DNA from: Botryllus schlosseri
Lineage: Eukaryota
Assembly: GCA_051294905.1 (NCBI GenBank)
Contig: CM119378.1
Coordinates: 10,478,001 to 10,542,000 of the forward strand
Length of the DNA: 64,000 nt
Direction of reading: 5' to 3'
Positions 27,501 to 39,500 of this stretch are shown here, one piece after another. The position numbers and the translations under genes are program-made. The stretch's first letter is position 1, and every line of letters begins with the position of its first letter. The notes beneath the pieces are model-generated. The model saw nothing but the letters and a program-made list of their open reading frames with translations. It made no database searches and had not been told where the DNA came from.

Positions 27501-30500
27501 ATTGCGATATGATATTTAATTGCTGGATTGCAAAACGGTAGGCCATATTTACCGTAATGAAATATTTGATATGGGCGACAATGCGATATGAGCGGAACCA
27601 AGCAATCCGGTACATAAATTATATTCACTGATACTTTCGTGTAACCATATTTGTCACTCCATAACTGCTGTGCGCAAAGCGCAACAAAATTTTTGTGATT
27701 GACTCAGATGATATGAATATTGAATGCCGGTACTACGTGAAAACAGCCCCGAAATTCGTCAGGCTATCTTTCGTATCGAGGGATCAAACTATACTTCTAC
27801 TTCACAAACTGAAAATAGCGAAAATAGCGAAAAGTAAGTGAGCAGATCTCAAAATATTAGGAAGTAGAGGTAGAAGTAGAGAAAATCAGATCTACTTGAA
27901 TATGTACCAGAAGTAGAGGAAAACTACTTGAGTACTTTAAAAAGTAGAAGTACTTCGATACTGACCACCTCGGAATTAAAGGTCTTGTAACTTATGTGTT
28001 TTACCCTTGCATAAATCTAAATTCTGGAATTTGATTGGATACCGAATAAAAGTACATAAAATTTCTCATAATAATAAGACAGGGAAGAAAATACAGACTC
28101 TGAATCTCAACTCAAATGTTTTCGAAATCCTACAGTTGCTATCATGCTCGGGATTGTGTCAAATTTTGATTTAAATCCATCTTTTATGCAAACACTTGTC
28201 GGTACAGTCAATTAACGAACTATAAATTTTGAAAATATCATAAACTCAAAAACTATGAATCTTCACAGATCCGCTACCTATGACCAGTCTCGATGTTGCA
28301 AGTACGGAAACAGACTCGGTCACTGTGATATTCCGATGGCCGTCACAATCGTTGTTTGACATTTTTGAGCTGCGAATAGCCAGAACAGATACCCCGGACG
28401 TTATTATCGAAACAGTACAGGTTGAAAATATTCTTAGTGTCCACATATCCAACTTTTAAATTATGGAAAATATTCGATTTTTAGCGGGGAATCGAGGGTG
28501 GAGCCATTAACAATAGGGTGCAGTTTCAAGGGCTTAATGCCTCTACTGAGTACGTTGTAACTGGTGTTGTGAAAAGCGGAACATTGGAGAGTGATCCAAG
28601 AATGGTTTCAGTGAAAACTGGTAAGTTTTGTTTATGTAAGTGTTAGTATGAAGCACTGCCTAGTCCCTGTAGATACCATGGTCTGATGTAAATTTTACTG
28701 CAATTAGAACCTTCAAGCCAAAATAATCAGATGTTGAAGTACTTATATTTCATCATTAGTCAATATCACAGGGAGCACTCAACTCTTCTGCAGTATATTT
28801 TTGGAGAAATATGCAAGTGTGATATTTGCAGCCTGTACTGAAAACACCCGCCATACTGAGTATTCTCATGTTTATTTATAGATTGCGTCAAATCATTTTC
28901 TTGAAATCTGTCACTCTTTAATCTTATCAAGTAAGCGGTTGATTCTGTTCAGTTACGATGGTTTCAGGTTGTACTGGGATAACCAATAATGCTCCAACAT
29001 GAGTTATGAGGTTTTGAGAAGACCGTGTCCTGCAGTACTGTAAAATTTAAAAAAAAATGGATTGTCTAGAATTTTCAAGATAAAAAACAAAAGTTTTACC
29101 CATCTTTCTTTATGTGCCTGGTGTATATCACATTTTCAAGTATGAGAAAGTAACAGGTATGCCACATATTTTAAAACACAGCTGATGTGTCAGTGGGAAA
29201 TGTAGATGTTCGCAACATCAGGCCTGATTCGTTGCAAGCTTTTTACACATGGCCGGACGGAGCGCGCTTCGACTCGATTGTGCTGCTAATTGCAAGAGCC
29301 GATTCTCCAGCAACAATCCTGACAAGAAAAGAGGTGCCCATGACTATGACTTCATTCAATCCATGGTCCATCTATCAATTATTATCGATCATTTGCGACG
29401 ATTGTGCATTGTTGTTTTGCAGATGACAGTGGAAGACGGCTCAATAGTAAACTTTGCAACATTCGAGGACCTGACACCATCGACTCAATATATCATTACT
29501 GGGTTTTTGAGACTCGGAGGTGTTGACGGCTCACCGACTCGTGTTCCTGCTCAAACAGGTTGAAACTTGATATCCTGCCTATTGAATTTGCATTTGACAT
29601 TGACACTTTACATTTAAAGCATTTTCAATGTTTTCCAAAGTCTTTCTCCATTTGCTACCGACATTGACCAATACAATCTATTTGTTTCAGAGAAAAACCA
29701 TATGATTTTACTGATGTGAAAATATCTTCTTTGCCTATCATATATACTTGAAATTAACTGGTGAGGAATTTTGCAATTGACAGCTGGATTGCCGGCACCG
29801 TTGGTCGGTCTGAATGTCCGGGATATTGAGATGACATCCTTGCGAGCCACATTTCAGGTGGCAGGCGGTTCTCGTTTTAGCTCCATCCTGTTACAAATTG
29901 CCAGAGCTGATTCCCCCAACGTTACTTTTGATACAAAAGAGGTGAATTTGTTTCTTCTTTATAAGAGATAAAAGCTCTTAAATGATCCATTTCTTACAGA
30001 TACGAATAGTAGATGGCAGATTGGATACCTTCGCATTATTTGAGGATTTGATGCCAGAAACAGACTACATAATATCTGGTTTTGTCAGACAAGGGAATGT
30101 GCAAAGCCCTCCAATAAGTATTCCTACACGAACAGGTCAAGAAAATTACCATGCTTCATATTTCTTTTACCAAGACCTTGTAAAGTTCTGTCTATAGAAA
30201 TCCTGGGATCTGTGTTTTTGGTTTAGAGATGCAAATAGCAATAGGCTATTGCAACTAGCGGTTCATTATGTGCTTTTATACAGAACTGGCGTTTTATAGT
30301 ATGCATGTATCATGTAGTCCTATTCCAGGCTGTAAAAACTAATTCCCACCGTGAAATACATCACATTTTCGCTATTGTAGTACAATGATGTTCATGATCC
30401 TGTCTAATTCTGGGCTGTACAAAATAATTCCTACAGTGAAATACATCACATTTCTGCTGATGTAACAGAATGATGATTCTGCCCCTTAGCTCCTGGTAAT

Positions 30501-33500
30501 GGAAATCACCATATTGAATGAATCTTTAAGATGTGTGTGCAAAAATCTAACGATAAAGAATATTTGAAATAATAGCTGGATTGCCTGAACCACTCGCTGG
30601 ACTGAATATCCGGGATATTGAGCCTACATCGATGCGAGCCTTTTTCCAGTTGGAAAGTGGTTCTCGCATTAGCGCCATCGTGTTACAGATTGCCAAAGCT
30701 GATTCTCCTGATGTTATCTTCGATACAAAAGAGGTGAAATTTGTATGTGCTTATTAGAGATAAAAATTTCTCAAAGATACATCTTCTTGCAGTTACAAAT
30801 AGTAAATGGCAGAATCGAGGACTCTGCATTGTTCGAGAACTTGACGCCAGACACCGATTACATAATATCTGGTTTTGTAAAACGGGGAAATGTAGAAAGT
30901 ACTACAATAAGTATTCCCGCACGAACATGTGAGAAAAATTTCAATTCATTGTATAATGTGTTGCATGATAGCATTCTATTATGTATTTCAATAATAATCA
31001 TCAGATTTATATTTTCATCTGAACAAGACACACACGACAATGCGACAAGACACAATGCGATGTAGGCTAATGAACAGATAGGAGGATGCCGAATGACCAG
31101 TTGCGGCCGCAGTTGCGGTCTCTTAATCTAGCATCCACCTCGTCCTAGTGCCCAATGTCACAGTTCCTTTCCCGCGGCTCTTTCTTGCTCTTTCCATTCT
31201 TCGTGAGTGCGTTGTTTCATCCGGTCATTTTCTGGGCTTTTTTTCCGCCGTAAGAACATTGACGCGGGGAAGAGGAGCCTAGAATGACCTCCGACGCAGA
31301 ATCTAACCCAGTTCGCCTGGGCGGTATGCGCTTATTGTCACCACTACGCTATCTCCCCTGTGTTATAGAGCACAGCTAGGCTGGTTTGTCAGGCTGCCAT
31401 TCATCAATATGATTCAGTCACTCCAATTTGTGCATGACAATAATCTGGAACCATGTTTCATAGAACAAATCAAACATAACCCGAAAGGCTACGAATACGT
31501 TACTGGTATATAGATATATATAGAAATCACCCCAGACGGGAACCTTCATTTTGCATATTTTGCCGAGATAAGCAAGTTCTACAAAGTCAGATCATGGCCC
31601 ATGTTATAGTATTTCATGTTTGACCTGCTTGAAATATTTGCATCATACCATTTTATGATGTGAAAATTGGAAGATCAGACTGGTTACTGTTCAAAAGCGC
31701 ATGTTTCAGTATCTTCTTCTCCTTCATATACTTGAAATATAGTGACAACGAATTTTGCAATGACAGCTGGATTGCCGGCACCATTGGTCGGTCTGAATGT
31801 CCGGGATATTGAGATGACATCCTTGCGAGCCACATTTCAGGTGGCAGGCGGTTCTCGTTTTAGCTCCATCCTGTTGCAAATTGCCAGAGCTGATTCCCCT
31901 AACGTTACTTTTGATACAAAAGAGGTGAATTTTTTTCTTCTATATAAGAGATAAAAGCTCTTAAATGATCCATTTCGTACAGATACGAATAGTGGATGGC
32001 AGATTGGATACATTCGCATTATTTGAGGATTTGATGCCAGAAACAGATTACATAATATCTGGTTTTGTCAGACAGGGGGATGTGCAAAGCACTCCAATAA
32101 CTATTTCTGCACGAACAGGTCAAGAAAATTACCATGCTTGATATTTCTTTTACCACGACCTAGTAAAGTTCTGTCTATAGAAATCCTGGAATCTGTGTTT
32201 TGGTTTCACAGATGCCAATAGCAATAGGCTATTGCAACTAGCGGTTCATTATGTGCTTTATTTAGAACTGGCGTTTTATAGTATGCATGTATCATGTAAT
32301 CATGTTCCAGGCTGTAGACAATAATTCCTATAGTGAAATACATCATATTTCTGTGAATATAGCAAAATTATGTTCATCCTCCTTAGTTCCCGGTAATGGT
32401 ACTATCATATTGAATATATCTTTACTTTGTGTGTGCAAAAAATCTAACGGTACAGAATATTTAAAATGATAGCCGGATTGCCTGAACCACTCACTGGACT
32501 GAATATCCGGGATATTGAGCCTACATCGATGCGAGCATTTTTCCAGTTGGAAATTGATTCTCGCATTAGCGCCGTCGTGTTACAGATTGCCAAAGCTGAT
32601 TCTCCCGATGTTATCTTTGATACAAAAGAGGTGCGATTTTTATGTGGTTATAGAGATGAAAATTCTACAAAGATACATTTTCTTGCAGTTACAAATAGTA
32701 GATGGCAGAATCGATAACTCTGCATTGTTCGACAATCTGACGCCAGACACCGATTACATAATATACGGTTATGTAAAACGGGGAAATGTAGAAAGTACTA
32801 CAATAAGTATTCCCGCACGAACAAGTGAGGAAAATTTCAACTCATTGTATGTTTTATTGCGTGATCGGATGATAGCATTATATTATATATTTATAGGACA
32901 TGCTTACGTTGTTTACTCAGGCTGCCATTTCCAAATATGATTCCGTCATTCTGCAAACATATAACTGGAAATGCTACAAATCCATGATGTGTATATAGAG
33001 AAATGGACACAGAGGCATTTTCAGAAAAACAATAAATTAGACTGTAATCAAAATTAGAGCATAAAAACATTTCACAAATTAGATTAGAATTAGAATTAGA
33101 GCATAGGAACACTTCACAAATTAGATTAGAATTAGAATTGAAGCATAGAAACATTTTACAAAATAGATTAAAATTAGATTACGGAAATTTCGCTCTAATT
33201 TAGTAAAATTAGACAACTTAAATTATCTAGTTGTCTGAGTCTGGTCCAATACCATCTTCAGGATTTCAATATTCGTGTGGTAATTGAGCTTCCCTATATT
33301 GCGATAACTCAAGAATAAAACACAACGTCGGGATTAAATGTTCTGAATAAGTTTCTAATAACAAAACTTTTTCAATAAAAATAATATATGTATTGATATG
33401 TCGTTTTGCAGCCGGCCCTCCTCCATCTCTGGTCAGTCTGGAAATTCAGAACCGCGAAGCAAATGTGTTGACGACTGTATTCAAATGGCCGGATAATACC

Positions 33501-36500
33501 CCCTTTGATGCTATCATGCTACATATTGCAAGGGCTGACGCACCACAAGATATTATCGAAACAAAACAGGTAATTGCGGATTCATTGTTATCAACATTCA
33601 TGGTATATATCACGATGGATCTGTCTAGGTAACAATGCAAAGCGGGAGGATACCCAACTTTGCATCATTCCTTGGTCTGGATCCATCTACAAAATACGTT
33701 GTCACTGGATATCTGACTTACAGAGGAATGGAGAGTACACGAATGAATGTCACTGGAATTACAGGTTTGAAAAATACTTTATATTATCCCTGACAGCTGC
33801 ATTAGAATATTTGCAATATGATTGATTAGGAAACACTCAAATAGCATTAATAGAACCAAGGTATATATGTTGCTCTCAATTCGTGAGGGACTTTACATAT
33901 ATTGTTATTTCTTCTCCATCATAAATTGTCTGATTCATTATAAATCAATTACATTTTAAACTTGCAACTTTTGTTTCCTTGTGTTCAATTCCTATTTGTA
34001 CAATCAAAGTTAACATCTATTCCATTGCGTTTATTGCAGAGGATGTTGCAATTACCCTGGTACTGCCACAAAATCCTGTGTATGTCTACCAAGCGCCAGA
34101 CAAGTTTATAGTCAGATGGGTTCGTCCCACATCAGCCGATGTGAGTCATGTTTCCTGCCAAGTTGCTTATCATTATCCATTTCTGCAATCAATATTTCGA
34201 TAGTGGTGGCCGTACTTGAATTCTGTGATCTTTGCTTACCTTTTAGAATTTCCTCTGTCAACTTTTGGAAGTTGACTCGAGCCGCCAGGATCCTGTCGTG
34301 AGTCGGTTTTCAAGTAATTCCTCAACCAGTCCTGAATGTGAATTCCCAGTAATTCCTGGCGAGTCCTATATCATCAACATTGCCAATATTTTTGGTGGCC
34401 GGCAATCTCCAATCCTATCTTTGCAACAGGGAATAGGTAAGGCACACTGCTAACATATTTCTTATGGAGCCATTTTCAATTTATTAAAATTAAATAATGA
34501 AGATACGTCATTCAAAACTCAGGTTCTTCTTGACTGAAGTATGACACACAGTATGATATTTCACTGCATGTTTTCGTGGCAAAAATTGGATATTTCTGTT
34601 CCTTATATCTGACAAAATCGGAAATACTGGAATACGTTTCGTCAATGTATTGCTTCAAAATGTGTATTGTGTATTTCTCGCCGCCAAGTTTTCCGTGGCT
34701 ATTCAGTAATTACATCCTTGAAATATTTCTTGTCTAGAGCCCTTACCTTTGGCAAGACTGAATCCTATAGAGATCGAGCAAGAAGTGATTACTGTGGAGT
34801 TCGAAGTGCCGACACGTTCCGAATTCGATACTGTTGTATTGAGTATTGCAGCAGCAGAATCCCCTGATAACGTTTTAGAAACAATAACAGTAAGTCTGAA
34901 ACAAAATTGACAACGATTGCGTATCTATTTGATTCGACATTATTTCCAGCTGGAAACTAGCGACTTGCGGATTTCAAAAAATGCTACATTTACTAATCTC
35001 ATTCCTGGTACGAGATATGTAGTCACTGGTGTTGTCATGAACGGAGATTTAAAAAGCAAGCCAAGGGGGATACAAGTACAAACTAGTAGGTTGAATATAT
35101 GATAACAATGCAAAACATTAGCTGTATATTGCAGTAGGGTAAAATCTGCGTTATCTGTTCCATAATATTTCACTCATTACTGATTCGTATTGCAATCGTC
35201 ACATAATGCCTATCCAAGCAAAAATAAACCGCCCTGTGGCCTGATAATAATTATGCTTGACTATACTATAACATATCTTCTCATGTCACGCTATCTTTTT
35301 ATTGTTACTGCGCTACATCTATGCCAATTTTCAGATGTGACTGATTCTCAAGTGGGTGTTCCCAGGGTTAGAAACTTACGCATTGAAGATATTACCAGTA
35401 GTTCATTTGTTGCTAGATGGCAACCGGATCGTGATGTCGAGGTATATGAATTATGTCACTGTGTTATCTTTTTACCAACTGTATCGTCGGCCTTTTCAGA
35501 AATATGGCGCCAAGGTATTTGAAAACATACACGGACTTACGCGGGAATTGTTCTCCAGCAGTGATATGAGCGAACCTGCCATTTATATGGTCGATGGTAT
35601 TATTCCAGGAGGGATATATTATGTCGTCGCTCGGAATCTGGTGTCTGGATATGCTCCAGCTGAAGATAGAATTGGACTGATGATCAGTAAGTTATAATTA
35701 TCGCGATTGTAATGGAATAATGCTGGATGTGTTTCACACTTGGACTGCTGTAACATTTCGTAGCATGCGAATACGGTATGAGCACTGTACTCATGTTAGT
35801 TCACGTTGCTATCAATGTATACTTTATCTTTAGATTATTCTGTTTGTAGTATGTGATTTCAATCATCAAAAATCTCACGAATATTTTTGATGATGCTGAT
35901 ATCTTGATTTTCCGAAGGTCCACCTACTCCGGAAATGGAAATTGAACGTATTGGTAGCCATTATACGGTCATTAACTACATCCCTGTACAGGAGGATCAA
36001 GGAGTAGTTGACTCAGCCATGTTTGAGATTTATCTTACTGGCAACATGGACGTTCCTTTCGATTCTGTGGAGGTAAGTTGAGTTCATGAAACACTGCCAA
36101 ATTTGTCGACCGGTTGTAAGTGTTCGACTCCAGAACTGATCAGCCAATAATTTTGGATTGCTTACTTGAAGTTCAAACTCAATAAAACGATTTTTATTTT
36201 CTACAGTTGAAGATGTATACATAAATTTCACCTCCAAACTACCGGTAAACTAGCTAACTTTATCTTGAACCCAGAACTCCTAACCCACTACTACTTCCAC
36301 AACTTCATGGGACCCCTAATTGATTATATGCGGTCAATGAGAAAGGTCATTTTTTCTTAATATGATGTCTTTGTGATTTCTACATATCTTGTATGGATTG
36401 TATCTTTTCATACATATATTTCTCTTTGCCGCGCAAAGAGTATTGCATGTTTTGTGTAAACAGGTTATCACTTTGAGTTCATCTTTCTTACACAGCGGAA

Positions 36501-39500
36501 GCCATGGCATGTTAACTTCAACCAAATAGAATTTCTCGGCTTACAACCAAACGCTTCGTATACAATAATGGGATATCACATCCGAAATGGAACTCAAAGT
36601 GATAAAGCGACAATTGAATTCACAACGAGTACGTATGAGTGTTCATTAATTAATGACAAATTGATCGGAACTACATCAAAATTCTTCTATCCTAAACAGC
36701 TTCCACCGACATCACCAACGACACATCGGATGGCCCAAGCGGTTCACAATGTAAGTGCGATACTTGAATTATGATTTCGAAATGTGGGGAATATCAAATG
36801 CGTTACTCTCATCCATGCAGGGGAAATTTCTACGAATGTCTCAGACATATCGGCTTCTGTTCGATTTTCATTCAATCTGGAAGGTGTGCACCATTATAAT
36901 GTCGTCCTTCGGGAGGCATCCGAAAATGTTGATGAAATCAGGATACCGGCCACTGGTGTTAATGAGGTATGAGTTTAATTTAGTGGACTAGACACGAATT
37001 TTATTTTTTCATTAACGTAGAGTGCAAGCTGTAAGTGAATTTGCTGTATAAGTGTTTTCTGTCTAAAGTGATCTTACCACTGTATCTATGACAGTTCTGA
37101 TTGGCTTATGTCGTTTTATGCAGGTCTACCATCACTTTGTTGATTCACTCAAGCCTGATACAGAATACACATTCGTCATTGAAGCTTCTCACAGCGATCC
37201 TGCTATCAATCGTACTGTGGTGGAAAGAAGGTTTCGCACCAGTCAAAAATGTGCGTCAATTCACTTGTTTCACACTCCCCCCGTAATATTTACACAATCT
37301 GTTGACTGTCTAGATCAACTGCAGCCACCAAAAGATGTGAGGATTCTCTCGGTGACATCTCAGTCTTTTGTCGTTGCATGGGGAGCAACGCCAGATTCAG
37401 AGGTATAGAATTTCAAATAAGTGATATTAGAAGGTGGACGTACATATTGTTCAGCATGATATAATACATACTTTTTGATATATCATATATTTTAAACTTT
37501 AGCCATGCTGCCCATGCCCATGCCTGAACCTATATTGTTAATTCAGTGGCAGTGTTGCATAATAATGATAATGTCAATTTCTATGCTCCTGGTGATGACG
37601 TTCTATCTTACCATCAGTCAGTAAATATCTTCAATATTCAGTATATTCACAGAATTCATCATCCAGATTGATCTAGTGCAGAGGTCTCAATAATAGGGAT
37701 ATTCAATATACAATTTCCAAGTAGGCCTTATTTGACGGGACCTTGCAGACAGGCATTCCACAAACATCGTGGAAATGTAATTTACGATTGCATTATTCAC
37801 GCTTGACACGGAAAAAAATCACAGTTTCAAATATTTGAATAAAATTGTTTTGGGGCCGGGCATAATTTTTTTAATTAATGAGATATAGACATTATGCGAG
37901 AGAATGCATCATGACATCGTAATACTGACAGGTTATAATATTGCAACTAGTGGATCTTTAACGTGCCACAATTTTATGTAGAATATTTTAGAATGTACTG
38001 AAGATTGATCTGATATCTGAGCATTTGATCGGTGTAGCCTATTCCTGGTTTCGATAAAGTCATGATAAGTATAGGCTATTGTTATTGTCATTGCCAACGT
38101 CAAATTAAAGCAGTGTTAAATTTTGCCTTCGGTTATTGTTGGAACATATCAATAAAAACTTAAAGACAATCATTATTAGGCCATAGTAATAGCATTGCTT
38201 CCTAATCTTTTTAGCGATCGTACCCCTTGTGCTTCGAATGAGATTTCTTGTAGCCCCTGTCCATTTTCAACACAATTTCTGATGGGGTACCAATATCAAA
38301 ATCAGAAAGCCCATTCACATAAAATCGCGCGTAGCGCGAAGACTATTTTTCAGTTGAACTAAATTGGCCAAGAACATATTCCACAGCATATTGGCCTAAT
38401 TCCACAATTCATTTCGCACACCTTGATATGGTGCTTCGTACCCCGATGGGGTCTACGAACCCTGGTTAAGAGCCCCTGGAATAGAAATGTCCAATCGGCA
38501 AATAATTCATTGGTGTTACAGCTGTAGAGCGTACTACTACCCTACTCGCCGCCGATAATAACAACAAATAACACCCAGTATGTAACCAACTATACGTCAC
38601 GGGAGTCATAGAATGGCAATGGTTGCCATATGGACCTGATTAGATAGCTACATACCCTACGCAACGCAAGCTACAACCTTTTGATATATCGCAATTTCCA
38701 TGACAGTTTCATCGATTTTTGCGTCCGTAGGATTGACACAGTGGTTCCCAACCTTTTTTCACCCACGCACCATTTCAAGGTTTTATGCAGTGCTCGCGTA
38801 CCACCTACATAAGTTACGCGCGCTGAAGGTGGTCAAAAATGTTTCCGTGATTTGTGACGTCAAAATGACGTATTTGACCTATGCAAGGCGTAATAGCAAA
38901 TACTACTAAACTTGGCATTATCAGCCAGGGTTGATGGGATGCATGGAGTTGTTTTTTCACCACCAGTCACAAGAAGAAAAACATAATGAAATAACAGATA
39001 ACAACAAACGTCAATTTATTGAATGCGATGGCTGCATTTGTTTATTTTCCACTAGCTCAGCGGTTCTCAAACTTTTTTAGACACGCCCCCCTTTATGATA
39101 ATGAAAAATTTTGCGCCCACCGTTATCGTCATATCACAAAATGCAACCAGAATGCTAGCAATCCCAGCGAATAATTAGATGGCATGGACGGTTGTGGCAG
39201 TTGATAAGAGAAGTCTCAAATATGCAATTAGGACTACACACATAGCCAAACAATGAAATGAAGGTAAATCGCGCATAGCGTGAAAAATTGTTTCAGTTGG
39301 CCGCAGCTTCGCGCCCCCTTCAGATGCTTTCACACTCCCAGTTTGAGAACCACTGCACTAGCTGGTCGATGCGCGGCATCGGTTTGCTCACAGCGCACCG
39401 AAAGTCATGCATGGGCGCAACAAGTCGGTTCCGTTTCTTTGACTTGAGTCGTCGGAGATGAAAATCCTTGCTCCCACGTAGAACGGAAAATTAGCAGCTG

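Larger units (their letters stand above)
29700..32860 (+). repeat. Tandem segmental duplication, ~1.9-2.0 kb unit
   Basis: Exon offsets of 1983 bp and 1897 bp; introns are also clearly alignable. The 86-bp offset difference matches an internal direct repeat at about 30330-30480 found only in copy 1. Confidence 0.95.

Noticed and set aside
27460-27560. FSGLARHVMGC... as a hAT dimerisation-domain relic inside 26745-27973
   Set aside because: Only a few residues match and there are multiple stops; not supportable without a profile search.
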